Shown here in pieces: positions 1 through 12,734 of a stretch of 64,000 nucleotides of DNA (its first letter is position 1; every line of letters starts with the position of its first letter). Origin of the DNA: an uncultured Chthonomonadaceae bacterium (GTDB lineage: Bacteria > Armatimonadota > Chthonomonadetes > Chthonomonadales > Chthonomonadaceae); contig CAWFQB010000002.1 of NCBI GenBank assembly GCA_963817895.1, positions 416,001-480,000 of the forward strand, in the 5' to 3' direction. The position numbers and the translations under genes were made by a program. A model generated the notes under the pieces. That model saw nothing but the letters and a program-made list of their open reading frames with translations, had not been told where the DNA came from and ran no database searches.

Positions 1-78
1 CCCAGTGGCTTTCTGGACTTATTTCGGTAAATCGGTTATGGGAGTGTGGAAGCGAAAAGGATAGCAGAGGACAGGCGC

Positions 79-1056
79 ATGATTTCTATTATTTTACCGG
101 TGTACAATGCCGGGCGATTTCTTGACGCGACCCTGCAAATGGCGCTGGCGCAGACCTGCGCGGATTGGGAACTGATTGCGGTAGACGATGGCTCGACCGA
201 CGAAACGCCCATCCTGCTGCAAGCGTTCGCGCGGCAGGATAGGCGTATTCGCGTGGTGACGCAGGCCAATGGCGGGTGCGCGTCGGCACGGAATACAGGC
301 GTGAACCACATTGCCGCGAATGCGGAATACGTAATATTTTTAGACCACGATGATTTGTGGGAACCGGACGCGCTGGAAACACTGCTGCGTGTGGCGCCGC
401 GCCCGTCCCGAAGCGGTTGCTGTTATGGGACAGGTAGCCGAACTTCCCGATACAGAGGCGGATAAAGTGTTCCTTACGTTGCAGCGCAAAGCCGCTTTGC
501 CGCGTGAACAGGCGGCTGGCGAAGAATCCGCCCCGCCGTTAATATCTGTCCCTGTCACCTTTGCGGATAACGCGATTGTGTGCTGCGCCGGCACAATGGG
601 ACAGGTCTTGATTCGGCGCGACGCGCTGGCTCAGACGGGGCCGCTGAATGTAAAATGTGTTCCCTGTGACGATTGGGAACTCTATTTGCGGCTCGGACTG
701 CTCGGCGTAATGGCGAAGACAGAACGGAATGTCATCTGGTGGCGTTCCCATGCGTCCAATACCTCTAAGAACCATCAGCGTATGTACAACGCCGAAATGC
801 GGGTTCGACAGTGCCTCTTAGCGCGCGCGGACCTGACGCCGGAACAACGCCGTCAGGTAAGAGATGGGTTTCAAGTCGGCAAAAAACGCCTTGCCGCGCA
901 GCAGTGCGGCTACGCATGGGAATTCGGCGCCAACTACAGTTCGGCAAAGCCTTCCGGCAATTGCGCTACGCGCTGCGCAATTACGCCCGCTCGTTTCAGA
1001 ACCCGCCTTTGCCCTCCGTTGCCGTGCCGTCCCTGCCCTCGAACTCTCTCTCCTGA
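79..1056 (+). CDS. GT2 family glycosyltransferase (frameshifted near ~400 and ~915)
   Basis: MISIILPVYN...VDDGSTD...N.G...ARN.G...FLDHDD; continues in ORF 350..1261 (DDWELYLR) and ORF 811..1056. Confidence 0.85.
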
Positions 1057-1058
1057 AA

Positions 1059-1158
1059 GTAGCCCTCAACCCGGGCGTCCACTTGTGGACATACCCCTTC
1101 TCCCACAAAATGTATTTCCAAAGCGAAGCAGAAATACGGAACATGGGGGAAGGGGAGT
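1059..1158. repeat. ~100-bp structured dispersed repeat, copy 1
   Basis: Near-identical reverse-complement copy at 58961-59060; internal hairpins GTCCAC-TT-GTGGAC and CCCCTTCTCCCA...TGGGGGAAGGGG. Confidence 0.9.
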
Positions 1159-1188
1159 CACTTGTTTTCATGCGCTAAGGCGAACGGA

Positions 1189-1395
1189 GTTCATGGAAGT
1201 TCCCCTGAAACCGGCAAAACCATTGGCAGTGGCCGTATGGAAAAAGGCGTGGATCAGGTGATCGGCATCCGCCAAAAAGACAACGGCATGAGTTGGAGCA
1301 AAGCTGGCAGTTACGCGCCGGGGATGCTCACCGCCGCCTGCGCCAACGGCTACTGGAACCAACTCTGGAACTCCGTCGAAATGATAACAGCGTAG
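1189..1395 (+). pseudogene. C-terminal transposase remnant (ISKra4/ISLre2, UPF0236-like)
   Basis: IGSGRMEKGVDQVIGIRQKDNGMSWSKAG...NGYW resembles the IGSG.vE....v..R.K..GM.W motif; no N-terminal part. Confidence 0.6.
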
Positions 1396-1485
1396 CAACG
1401 AGATTTGGACAGCAACAATTCATTCCGTTGCGCTCGAATGGGTTCATTCCGTTGTATTAGAAACTCGGACGCTCGGTGGATTTAG

Positions 1486-3021
1486 TTAAATGCGTTGCCG
1501 CACATACCCAAATAATTGATCAATCGGGATACGAATCTGCTCCATTGTGTCGCGGTCGCGCAGGGTGACGGTATCTTTGAGAGACGTGTCGCCGTCCTTG
1601 CCCCTGCCGATGGTGTCGAAATCCACGGTGACGCAGAAGGGCGTTCCCACCTCGTCCTGACGGCGGTACAGCTTGCCGATACCGGCGGAATCGTCATAGA
1701 CCGCCCGCATTTCGCCGGTCGCTTGCAGGCTGTTCTTGATGCGTTTGGCGGTTGCCACAATGTCCGGCTCGTTCTTTTTGAGGGGAAGCACGGCTACTTT
1801 GATGGGCGCGAGCGCGGGGGGGAGGCGCAAAACGGTTCGGGTTTCGCCGTTTTCCAATGTCTCTTCCGCGTATGCTTCGCACAGCGCGGCGAGACAACCT
1901 CTGTCCACGCCCGCAGCGGGTTCCACGACATACGGTATGATGTGCTTGTTGTTGGGCTGATCGAAATACGTCAGTTTTTCCGTCGAGTGTTCGTTTTTCA
2001 TCACGCGCTTTGTCGTGTTTTCGGACGCGCCGAGATTGGCCTGATCCCGCGAGTGCGAAACCAAATCCCAATCCGTGCGGTTGGCGATGCCTTCCAGTTC
2101 GTCGAAACCAAGCGAGGGGAAATTGTACAGAATGTCAACCGTGCGAGCGGAATAGTGCGACAGTTTTTCCTTCGGATGTTCAAGCAACTTGAGGTTTTCG
2201 CGCTTCAGGCCGATGACATTCACCCACCAATCAACATGGTCTTGAATCCAATCGTCATGCACAGTTGGCGCGTCACCCGGCTGCACGAAATACTCGATCT
2301 CCATCTGTTCCAGTTCCCGAACCCGGAAAATGAAATTGCGGGGCGTGATCTCGTTGCGGAACGATTTGCCGATTTGCGCGATACCGAACGGCAGTTTACG
2401 GTTCGTGGAATCCAGCACGTTTTTGAAGTTAACGAACATGCCCTGCGCGGTTTCGGGGCGCAGGTACGCGAAACTCTCCTCATCGGCAACCGGCCCGACC
2501 TGCGTTTTGAACATCAGATTGAAGGCGCGGGGTTCCGTCCAATCCCCCGGCTTGTTATCGAGAGGGTCAATTACTTTGGCGGAAAGCATGACTTCACGGG
2601 CGCGGGCGGGATCGGCAAGCAGGGGCGTCACCAAATCTTCCGAATCGTCCGTAGCCTCGACGCCAATGGCCTGCGCAATTGCCGCCAGCACTTCCGGCTT
2701 CTGGTCGCGCAGTAAGTGATCGAAGCGATACCGCTTTTTTGTGGTCTTGTTGTCAATCAGCGGATCGGTAAACGTCACCTCATGCCCGGAGTAGCGCCAC
2801 ACGTATTTGTTCATCAGAATGGCGGTTTCGATGCCCTCCATGTCGTCGCGCTCATACACGTTATGCCGCCACCACAGGCGTTTGAGGTTGTTTTTGAGTT
2901 CCACGCCGAGCGGCCCGTAATCGAATGTTCCCTGCAAGCCGCCATAAATCTCACTGCCGGCAAAGATAAACCCCCGGCGCTTGCACAGGGAAACGATCTG
3001 CTCCATATTGTCTGCGGCCAT
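1486..3021 (-). CDS. glyQS: Glycine--tRNA ligase (alpha2 type)
   Basis: [43 protein letters not shown], anticodon domain [14 protein letters not shown]. Confidence 0.97.
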   Translation of the reverse strand: MAADNMEQIVSLCKRRGFIFAGSEIYGGLQGTFDYGPLGVELKNNLKRLWWRHNVYERDDMEGIETAILMNKYVWRYSGHEVTFTDPLIDNKTTKKRYRFDHLLRDQKPEVLAAIAQAIGVEATDDSEDLVTPLLADPARAREVMLSAKVIDPLDNKPGDWTEPRAFNLMFKTQVGPVADEESFAYLRPETAQGMFVNFKNVLDSTNRKLPFGIAQIGKSFRNEITPRNFIFRVRELEQMEIEYFVQPGDAPTVHDDWIQDHVDWWVNVIGLKRENLKLLEHPKEKLSHYSARTVDILYNFPSLGFDELEGIANRTDWDLVSHSRDQANLGASENTTKRVMKNEHSTEKLTYFDQPNNKHIIPYVVEPAAGVDRGCLAALCEAYAEETLENGETRTVLRLPPALAPIKVAVLPLKKNEPDIVATAKRIKNSLQATGEMRAVYDDSAGIGKLYRRQDEVGTPFCVTVDFDTIGRGKDGDTSLKDTVTLRDRDTMEQIRIPIDQLFGYVRQRI

Positions 3022-3037
3022 GGTATGCTCCTTCGGA

Positions 3038-3249
3038 TAGGTTGTTAGTTGTTAGTTGTTAGGTTGTTAGTTGTTAGGTTGTTAGTTGTTAGGTTGTTAG
3101 TTGTTAGGTTGTCAGGATGGAAACGCGCTTGTTCTTGACTTGACAGAGCGCGGTTCGGGAAAGTTCTTTGTTGTACCCGAAAACAGGCAGTAAAGAAAAC
3201 CTGCCTTAAAGTAGTTCTCCGCCTGTTTCACCTAACAACTAACAACCTA
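3038..3249. repeat. Paired inverted tandem repeats, family A (GTTAGTT/GTTAGGTT)
   Basis: Long left arm 3038-3116, complementary right arm 3230-3249. Confidence 0.9.
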
Positions 3250-3258
3250 CTCCCTCCC

Positions 3259-3636
3259 CTACGCATCCCCTTCATCCGCCCCCTGACTTCCAAACAGCGC
3301 GTCGCCCGTATCCTGGTCAGGGCGGCTGTGCAGGGCGAACAGGGGCAAGAGTTGATGCAGCAGTTGGATAAGGCCGTTGATGTCGCGGATAAAAACGTGA
3401 TGCGGAAAGCGCACCAGATTAACAACGGCGGCGTACTGAAACGCGGCAGCGGCTCCCGGTTTGGCCTCGTACACTTTCACGTACACATCGGGATACTGCC
3501 CCCATACCTGCTCCTGATCGGCGTAGCCCTGCTGCGCCATGTAATCGCTCCACTCCAACTGGTCCCGAACCGCTTCCGCAAACGGCGCAAACTGCCCGTT
3601 CTCAAACACGTAGGTATCAAAATTCTCGCCTGCCAT
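3259..3636 (-). CDS. Hypothetical protein
   Basis: 125-aa ORF from MAGENF with GGAG RBS; protein-like composition. Confidence 0.65.
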   Translation of the reverse strand: MAGENFDTYVFENGQFAPFAEAVRDQLEWSDYMAQQGYADQEQVWGQYPDVYVKVYEAKPGAAAAFQYAAVVNLVRFPHHVFIRDINGLIQLLHQLLPLFALHSRPDQDTGDALFGSQGADEGDA

Positions 3637-3748
3637 AATGCTGCTCCTTTGTGTAATATCGTTCTTCAAGCAACGCGCAAACGCGGAAAAGGTTCCGAAG
3701 AAGGGGTATACTTCTTGACACGAACACCGCTTTTCGAGGAGAAATTCA

Positions 3749-4243
3749 GTGATAGCGCCACCATTGGTCGGAGTCATTATGGGGTCGAAGTCGGATTGGG
3801 AAACCATGCAGCATACGACGGATACGCTGAACAAATTGGGCGTGCCGTTTGAAACCCGCGTAGTATCGGCGCATCGGACGCCCGATTTGCTGTTTGAATA
3901 CGCGAGTCAGGCGGAGGGGCGCGGATTGGAAGTAATTATCGCGGGCGCGGGCGGCGCGGCGCATCTTCCCGGCATGGCAGCGGCGAAAACAACTCTCCCC
4001 GTCTTAGGTGTCCCCGTGCAGTCCAAAGCCCTCAACGGCATGGACTCGCTGCTGTCCATCGCGCAGATGCCTGCGGGTATTCCGGTCGGCACACTCGCCA
4101 TTGGCCGCGCCGGGGCCATTAACGCCGCCCTGCTGGCGACCGCCATCCTCGCCAACAAATACGAACCGTTCCGCGTTGCCCTGCGCGAGTACCGCGAACA
4201 GCAAACACAAACCGTACTCGCCTCTCCCAACCCGGAGGAATAG
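3749..4243 (+). CDS. purE: N5-CAIR mutase
   Basis: [38 protein letters not shown]. Confidence 0.97.
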   Translation: MIAPPLVGVIMGSKSDWETMQHTTDTLNKLGVPFETRVVSAHRTPDLLFEYASQAEGRGLEVIIAGAGGAAHLPGMAAAKTTLPVLGVPVQSKALNGMDSLLSIAQMPAGIPVGTLAIGRAGAINAALLATAILANKYEPFRVALREYREQQTQTVLASPNPEE

Positions 4244-4253
4244 TAGGAGAAAC

Positions 4254-4417
4254 TCACCACAGAGGCACAGAGACACAGAGGTTTCACAGAGAGAAGATGC
4301 GAGAGACAATAACCACAAGTTTGGCTGCCTCGTAGCAAATCCTGATCATTCTGTCTATTCTCCTCTTATTTCTTATCTTCTCTGTGAAACCTCTGTGTCT
4401 CTGTGCCTCTGTGGTGA
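4254..4417. repeat. Paired inverted repeat, family G (CACAGAG units)
   Basis: 39-bp perfect inverted repeat 4254-4292 / 4379-4417 between purE and purK. Confidence 0.95.
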
Positions 4418-4434
4418 AGGATTCAAGGAATATT

Positions 4435-5523
4435 ATGAAAATCGGTATACTGGGTGGGGGGCAGTTGGCGCGGATGCTGTGTCTGGCGGGGCTTCCGTTG
4501 GGATTGGAGTTTCGGGTTTTGGATCCGTCACCCCAATCTTGCGCGGCGGCGGTTGCGGAACATATTGTCGCGGATTATGAGGATACAGACGCGCTGGAGC
4601 GGTTTGTGGCGGGCGTGGATGTGGTCACGTATGAGTTTGAGAATGTGCCGCAGATGTCGGCGGCGTGGCTGGAAAAGCGCGTGTCTGTGTTTCCACCGCC
4701 TGTAGCTTTGGAAAAATCGCAGGACAGGCTTGTTGAAAAGACGTTCTTGCAGGGTTTGGACATTCCGACCGCGCCTTTTGTAGCCGTGAGCAGTCAGGAA
4801 GAACTGGACGCGGCACTGGCAAAAATTGGCTTGCCTGCCGTGCTGAAAACGCGGCGCATGGGATACGACGGCAAAGGGCAGTTTGTACTGCGGACGCAGG
4901 AGGATGCCGACAACGCCTGGCGGGAGTTGAGTGGGCAGGAATTGATTCTGGAAGGGTTTGTGCGGTTCGATAGAGAACTATCCATTCTAGCGGTACGGGG
5001 CAGAGCGGGCGAAACGGCCTTTTATCCACTGGTAGAAAACCATCACCGGGAGGGGATACTGCGCCTGTCGCTGTGTCCCGCGCCGAATTCTACAAGTGCA
5101 TTGCAGGCACAGGGGGAAACTTACGCCCGCAACGTATTGGAAACCTTGAACTATGTCGGCGTCCTTGCGATAGAGTTTTTTGAATTCGGCGGCACATTGG
5201 TCGCCAACGAAATGGCTCCCCGCGTTCACAATTCCGGGCATTGGACGATTGAGGGCGCGGAGTACAGCCAGTTTGAAAACCATGTTCGGGCGGTTGCCGG
5301 ACTGCCGCTCGGTTCCACGTCCCTGAATGGCGTTTCCGCCATGCTCAACATCATCGGCGACCTACCCGACACGCGCAAAATACTGGAAACGGAACACGCG
5401 CATCTGCACCTGTACGGCAAATCCCCCCGCGCAGGCCGTAAAATTGGGCATGTCACGATTCGTGAGCAGAATTTGGAAGATCGAAATAATAAAGTTGCAG
5501 CCTTGCGTGAGTTGGGACTGTAA
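4435..5523 (+). CDS. purK: N5-CAIR synthase
   Basis: GILGGGQLARM, TYEFENV, GYDGKGQ, NEMAPRVHNSGH, RKIGH. Confidence 0.97.
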   Translation: MKIGILGGGQLARMLCLAGLPLGLEFRVLDPSPQSCAAAVAEHIVADYEDTDALERFVAGVDVVTYEFENVPQMSAAWLEKRVSVFPPPVALEKSQDRLVEKTFLQGLDIPTAPFVAVSSQEELDAALAKIGLPAVLKTRRMGYDGKGQFVLRTQEDADNAWRELSGQELILEGFVRFDRELSILAVRGRAGETAFYPLVENHHREGILRLSLCPAPNSTSALQAQGETYARNVLETLNYVGVLAIEFFEFGGTLVANEMAPRVHNSGHWTIEGAEYSQFENHVRAVAGLPLGSTSLNGVSAMLNIIGDLPDTRKILETEHAHLHLYGKSPRAGRKIGHVTIREQNLEDRNNKVAALRELGL

Positions 5524-5575
5524 GGACAATATCCTCTCGTATGCGCCGGGGAGTTTATTCCACGGAGATTGATTT

Positions 5576-6355
5576 ATGAAAACATGGGTTCCGCGTTACG
5601 AACAAATCGCGCATTTGTCGCCGGATGAGAAGGTTCGCGCCTACATACGCGGCGAGAGAGTATTAAACAATACCTTGCTGGGGCTATGTGGCTGGATATG
5701 CCTGCTTGGGGTGGCGGAGGGAGCGGGAATTTATAATCTTCATGGGTGGCTCAATCATGCGTTTACCAGTGTTCCCTGCTTAATCGGCCTGTATCTGGCG
5801 ATTATCAACGCTTCGGCGCTACACGAAATAGAGGCGGGAATACGCCGCGAACATTGGCATTCTCCATACGCCTTTTCCGCTCTAGTGGAGTTTGCGAGCA
5901 TTGGCAAGGGGCGCAAAGATAAGAGCAGCCGCATGTGGGGCTTAAATAACCTGACAAAAGTATTACCCCTGCTTACAGAAGATCAGTATGCCCTGCTTTC
6001 CCCAAAGCAAAAAAGCCGCTTCTACGCGCTGATAACGGTGGAGGCTACCCCGGATTTTCTGATGGCGGCTATTGAAACGTTGGGGTGCTTTGCGGATGTG
6101 GAAGCCCTGCCGACGGTTCGCAAAGTGGCGGAGGCGGCGGCTTTCACACCGCAACAAAGAGAAGTGCGGCAGCGGGCGCAAGAGTGCGTGGCGTTTCTGG
6201 AAGCGCGTGTGCAGGAGAAGACGCTGGAACAATCCCTGTTGCGCGGTTCGGCAGCCAATGCTGATGCTTCCCATATTCTGTTGCGGGCCGCTGCGGGACA
6301 GGAGACTTCGGAAACGGAACGACAAGAGTTGCTGCGAGCCAATGTTCAACAATGA
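5576..6355 (+). CDS. Membrane protein with HEAT-like helices and C-terminal triple LLR motif
   Basis: Two N-terminal hydrophobic segments, AAIETLG..ADVEALPTV, tail LLRGS..ILLRAA..LLRA; paralog at 48535-49350. Confidence 0.7.
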   Translation: MKTWVPRYEQIAHLSPDEKVRAYIRGERVLNNTLLGLCGWICLLGVAEGAGIYNLHGWLNHAFTSVPCLIGLYLAIINASALHEIEAGIRREHWHSPYAFSALVEFASIGKGRKDKSSRMWGLNNLTKVLPLLTEDQYALLSPKQKSRFYALITVEATPDFLMAAIETLGCFADVEALPTVRKVAEAAAFTPQQREVRQRAQECVAFLEARVQEKTLEQSLLRGSAANADASHILLRAAAGQETSETERQELLRANVQQ

Positions 6356-6492
6356 TTGTCTTGAACCATGATTAGGCATGATTTTGATGATTGACATGAT
6401 GCTGCGCAGTTCACGCTTCCGCCCGCCGTATATTCTCACTCCTTGAAATCATGTTAATCAGCCTAATCATGCCTAATCATGGTTCAAGACAA
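6356..6492. repeat. Paired inverted repeat, family H (ATGATT units, TTGTCTTGAAC end)
   Basis: 28-bp perfect arms 6356-6383 / 6465-6492, extending inward with mismatches. Confidence 0.9.
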
Positions 6493-6526
6493 CAAAGAAC
6501 TTAGAACGAAAGGCAAGACAAAGATA

Positions 6527-8174
6527 ATGCGTTTTGGAAAGTTGGGCGTTTGCGCGTTGCTGTCCCTGGCCGTTGTATCGGGCGTGATGGCGGACAAGGC
6601 GAAAACGGCGAAGAAGACGAATGACATAAAACAGGTCAGTGTGACGAACAGAGTGGTCGCGCAGGGGGATACGGTTCCTGCCGTCAGCCGGGAGTTTCGG
6701 GGCGTGTGGGTGGCGACGGTAGAAAACATTGACTGGCCCACCAAGCGCGGGTTGTCTACCGAAAAGCAGAAAGCCGAACTGGTCGCCATTATGGACAAGG
6801 CGGCGCAACTGCATCTGAACGCGATTGTGTTTCAGGTGCGGCCTACGTGCGACGCGCTGTACGATTCGCAACTGGAACCCTGGTCGGAATACATCACGGG
6901 AACGCAGGGCAAAGCGCCCGATCCCTATTATGACCCGCTCACGTTCGCCATTGACGAGGCGCACAAGCGCGGCATGGAACTTCACGCCTGGATCAACCCC
7001 TATCGCGCCAAACATCCCTCCTCCAAATCTACCGCGCCCAACCACATCAGCAAAACGCAGCCTGCTATTGTGCGCAAATACGGGACGCACCTGTGGCTCG
7101 ATCCGGGCGAACCGGACACGCAGGAGTGGTCGCGCAATGTGATTATGGACATCGTGAAACGGTACGACGTGGACGGTATCCACGTAGACGATTACTTTTA
7201 TCCGTACCGCGAAAACGACAAGAACAAGAAAGGAAATTCCGTTTCCCGACGACGCCAGTTATAAGAAGTATACAAACGGGGGCGGAACGCTCAGTCGAGA
7301 CGATTGGCGGCGCGAAAACGTCAACCAGTTTATCCAGAAGGTGTACAGCAGCGTGAAGGCGGAAAAGCCCTGGGTCAAGGTGGGCATCAGTCCGTTCGGC
7401 ATTTATCGTCCCGGCTATCCCGCGCAAATCAAGGGTTTCGACGCCTATCAGGAAATCTATTGCGACTCGCAAAAGTGGCTGCGCGAAGGCTGGTGCGATT
7501 ATCTCGCGCCGCAACTCTACTGGCCGATTGCGCAGACGCCGCAAAGTTACCCGGTTCTGCTGAAATGGTGGACGGAACAGAACGTCAAGGGGCGGCATAT
7601 CTGGGCGGGCAACTATACCAGCCGGGTGGCGGACGGCGGCGCGAAGTCGTACAGCGTGGAGGAAGTTGTCAATCAGGTGCAGGCTACCCGCAATCAGCCG
7701 GGCGCGACGGGCAACGTCCATTTCAGCATGGAAGTTTTGATGCACGACCGCAAGGGACTGGATGAGCGATTGCTGCAAACGGTGTACCAGTCGCCCGCGC
7801 TGATTCCCGCGTCGCCCTGGTTGAGCAGCAAACAGCCCGGTCAGCCCCTGACGCTGATACAGATTGACCCGAATACCAACGACGTGAAACTGGCGTGGAG
7901 CGCGCCGCAAGGGGATACTCCGGCGCAATGGGTGGTGCAGACGCGGCAGGCGGGAACGTGGAAAACGCAGATTTTACCCGGCAAGCAGGGCGGCGCAACC
8001 ATCAATTCCAGCGGCCACGCGCTGAACGTGGACATGGTAGCCCTGTCTCTCGTAGACCGCTACGGCAATCAGGGCAAGCCGTTCGTATTTGAACTCAAGC
8101 CCTCGGCGGCGAATGGAACTACGGTGAGCGTTGACCTCACCCCCGGCCCCTCTCCTGGCCGCGCAACGCGCTAG
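6527..8174 (+). CDS. GHL10 (YddW/DigH-like) glycoside hydrolase, frameshift ~7232
   Basis: Signal peptide; EFRGVWVATV.NIDWP, ELHAWINPYR, DGIHVDDYFYPY, GISPFGI, DYLAPQLYW. Confidence 0.88.
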
Positions 8175-8359
8175 GAGAGGGGAGGCTGTAAACAAATATC
8201 CTGTTGCAGTGTCTAAGCGTTTGACTCACTGATGTACACACGTTATACACCTTCGTTACATGAGTAACTCTCTTCCTTAACTGGCAAAATAAACAATGAA
8301 CTGCCTCCCCTCTCCTAGCGCGTTGCGCGGCCAGGAGAGGGGCCGGGGGTGAGGTCAAC
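8130..8359. repeat. 57-bp perfect inverted repeat, family I (CCCCTCTCC...GGAGAGGGG)
   Basis: 8130-8186 is the exact reverse complement of 8303-8359; AT-rich 116-bp spacer. Confidence 0.95.
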
Positions 8360-8361
8360 CA

Positions 8362-9134
8362 GTGAGCAGCAAAGCAAAAATCATTTTCATAGTAGCGTCT
8401 ACCCTGCTATGGCTGCTTTATAGCGTGTACCCCGTAAAGGCACAGCAACACGCCTTAGCCGAAACAACGGAAGTGTACGGCAAATCCGTTCAGGGCAGGC
8501 CGCTTACGGCGTACATTCTTGGCGATGGCGAGAATGTCACCTGCATTTTCGGCGCGTTTCATGGCAACGAGCGCGGCACGGTGGGCGTGGCAGAGAAATT
8601 GCGGGCGTATCTGAAAACACATGCGGCGGACATTGGAAAACTGCCGCGTGATTCTCGTGCCCTGCGCCAACCCGGACGGCTGGAACGCCAACACGCGGAC
8701 AAACGCGCATGGCGTGGACTTGAACCGCAATTTCCCGTTTCACTGGCAGGCGAAGGCGGCATCAAAGCATACCAATCCCGGCCCGCAACCCCGCTTCCGA
8801 ACCGGAAACGCAGGCAATCATGCGGCTGTTGGCGAAATACAAGCCATTGAAAGTCATCAGCCTCCATTCGCCCCTGCATGAACTGGTGTGGACAGGCGAC
8901 AGCGGTTTGCGCATGGCACAACTTATGCGCAACAGGAACCATTACAAAGTTGCGGAAACAACCGGCTACCCAACTCCGGGCAGTTTCGGCAACTATTGCG
9001 GCAAGCAGTTGAACATCGGCATCGTCACGCTGGAACTGCCCTCCCAAAGCGCAGACGCCGCCTGGAAAGCAAATCAAACCGCGCTGCTGGCGGCTATCCA
9101 CTTTGATGTGAGCGTAGACAAACCCGCGCATTAA
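8362..9134 (+). CDS. mpaA: M14 zinc carboxypeptidase / murein peptide amidase A-like, two frameshifts
   Basis: [46 protein letters not shown]. Confidence 0.75.
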
Positions 9135-9207
9135 CTTTTCGCGTTATTTCGTGTTTTTCGCGGTTTATTTTAGAATTTTTACACCAACGAGGGAGTTGAA
9201 GAAACAC

Positions 9208-10939
<1,732 letters not shown>

Positions 10940-11134
10940 AATCATGCGAATCCGTGGCAAACCGCGAAACACGCGAAGCAAACGAAAAGGACGAACCAGT
11001 TCCGGAGAAAGGTTCAAGGCGCGAATCGCGGAAGCGAAACTCGAGGGGAACGAACAGGCGTAACTGCGCGTCTGTAACGAGGCAAGCCGCCTCGTCGGCG
11101 ATAGCCTCTCATCCCCATTCAGGAGCGTATCTCT

Positions 11135-12554
11135 ATGCGTCAAACCCACTACTCTTCGACAACTAACCCGGCATATTGCGGGCGCATTCGCCTGCCTTGA
11201 CCGCGCTGCTGTTCCTTGCCGGATGCGGCGGCGGCAACATCAGCGGGGGCGGAACCCCCGCCGTCACGCAGACCATCGGCAGCGGGGGCGGCGGCAGTCA
11301 TCAACGGCAACGCCACGCTCACGATCGGTTCCAGCACCAGCACGACGGACTCAACCACCGCGCTGTACTCGGTGCAGCAGACCAATTCCTACCCGGCAGA
11401 TGCCCGCGTCGTGTCCGGCACAGCCTATCAACTTCACCAGTTCCGCCGCCACGCTCACGTCAACCGCCGCGCATTTCCATTCGCTACAATGGCGGCGCGT
11501 TGCCGAAAGGGGCGCAGGAGAGCAGTCTGCAATTGTATCAGGTCGTGAGCGGGGCCTGGACGCTGGTGAGCGACAGTACCCTCGACATCAACAACAAAGT
11601 GGTATCGGGCACGGCAACCACGCTGGGCGTGTACGCGGTTCTGGCTTCCACGATTGTCGCGACCAGCACGGGCGGCACGGGCAGCACTCGCGCCACCGGA
11701 CTGCTGTTTCTTGTCCAACAGCGGATCGTCGAACGCCGGAACGCTGTACGCTACCAGCTGTGGGCAGTTCCTACCGCATTGCCCATCACCACAACGGGCG
11801 GGCAGGGCAGCGAAATCATCGGACACGCCTCCCTTTCGCCGGACGTGAAAAGTCTGGTCTACGATACGCAATCCACAACTGGCAATCTGCTTGTTGTCGC
11901 GACAGGCCGACGGCAGCAGCATAAAGCCGATTGTCACGGGCGGCTTGCAGCCCAGCAATCAGCCGGCAGTACCCCGAACGCCCTCCTACAGCTCGGACGG
12001 CAGTAAACCATCGTGTTCATTTACAATCTGACCGGCAGCGACCAGATTTACACCGTCAAGCCGGATGGAACCGGACTGACGCAGATCACGAAAAACTTCA
12101 CGGGTTCTAACGTGAGCAATCCCGCGTTCACAAAATCGGGCAAATTCGTTTCACCTCGACCTCTACCGCCACCAGTACCACGACACAGTACAACCTGGTA
12201 AACACGGATGGAACCAGCCTGACCACGACAACCACCTTCGGCCCGACCGTTCTGCCCTGGTACACCTACAGCCCGGACGGCAGCAAAATCGTGTATGTGG
12301 CGCAGTCCAACAATAAATACGACGTATTCACGATAAACGCGGACGGCTCCAGCCCGACGCAGATTACGAAACTGGCCGCTCCCTCCATTGATACAGCCCG
12401 GTTCAGCGCGGACGGAACGCAGATTATTTTCAGCGCCACTACAACCGGCAATGCCATCAACAGCCTGTACACGATCAAAACCGATGGAACCGGCCAGCAG
12501 GCCCTGACCACGCCCGTCACCGGAAACAACCTTACCCTTCTGGACGCCCACTAA
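11135..12554 (+). CDS. Lipoprotein with TolB-like beta-propeller, several frameshifts
   Basis: AGGAG RBS, lipobox LFLAGC then GGG; repeated SPDG/SADG..I.F and IYT...DGTG..QIT motifs spread over frames. Confidence 0.7.
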
Positions 12555-12659
12555 TCCAGTTCATTTCCAACTCCTTCAGCGCGTCAAAGGTGAACAGCTT
12601 TATCTCGGCTCGAAAATATTGGAACTGGCGCATGTGCAAATTGCTGTGCGAGATGCGAG

Positions 12660-12688
12660 TTGCCTTTCTCGCCTACATCTGGTAAAAT
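12660..12688 (+). promoter_or_regulatory. Putative sigma-70 promoter
   Basis: TTGCCT-17 nt-TAAAAT with a TG upstream of the -10. Confidence 0.45.
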
Positions 12689-12734
12689 TTGCCTGATACT
12701 CATGTGGATACTGTTTATTCTGGAGGGCTTCACC

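Noticed and set aside
1516..2715. Long antisense ORFs (also 9094-10326, 35083-36117, 59150-60211, 61971-63128)
   Set aside because: Shadows of real genes in GC-rich DNA, with no recognisable motifs.
3038..3116. CRISPR or other spacer array
   Set aside because: Contiguous 7/8-nt units with no unique spacers; no cas genes in the window.
3022..3258. T-box riboswitch upstream of glyQS
   Set aside because: No GGTGG-ACCGCG antiterminator motif on the minus strand.
3715..3745. purE promoter at TTGACA
   Set aside because: No acceptable -10 element at 16-18 nt spacing.
4384..4434. N-terminal extensions in the ORF track (purK, rplT, Wzy, GT4 at 28712, ORF at 14391)
   Set aside because: They translate repeat arms; better RBS/start pairs lie downstream.
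7221..7245. Programmed ribosomal frameshift in the GHL10 gene
   Set aside because: One extra A in an A/G run fits the window-wide indel error pattern.
10940..11166. C-terminal extension of IlvD in the ORF track
   Set aside because: Artefact of a 1-bp insertion near 10910; the conserved end stops at 10939.
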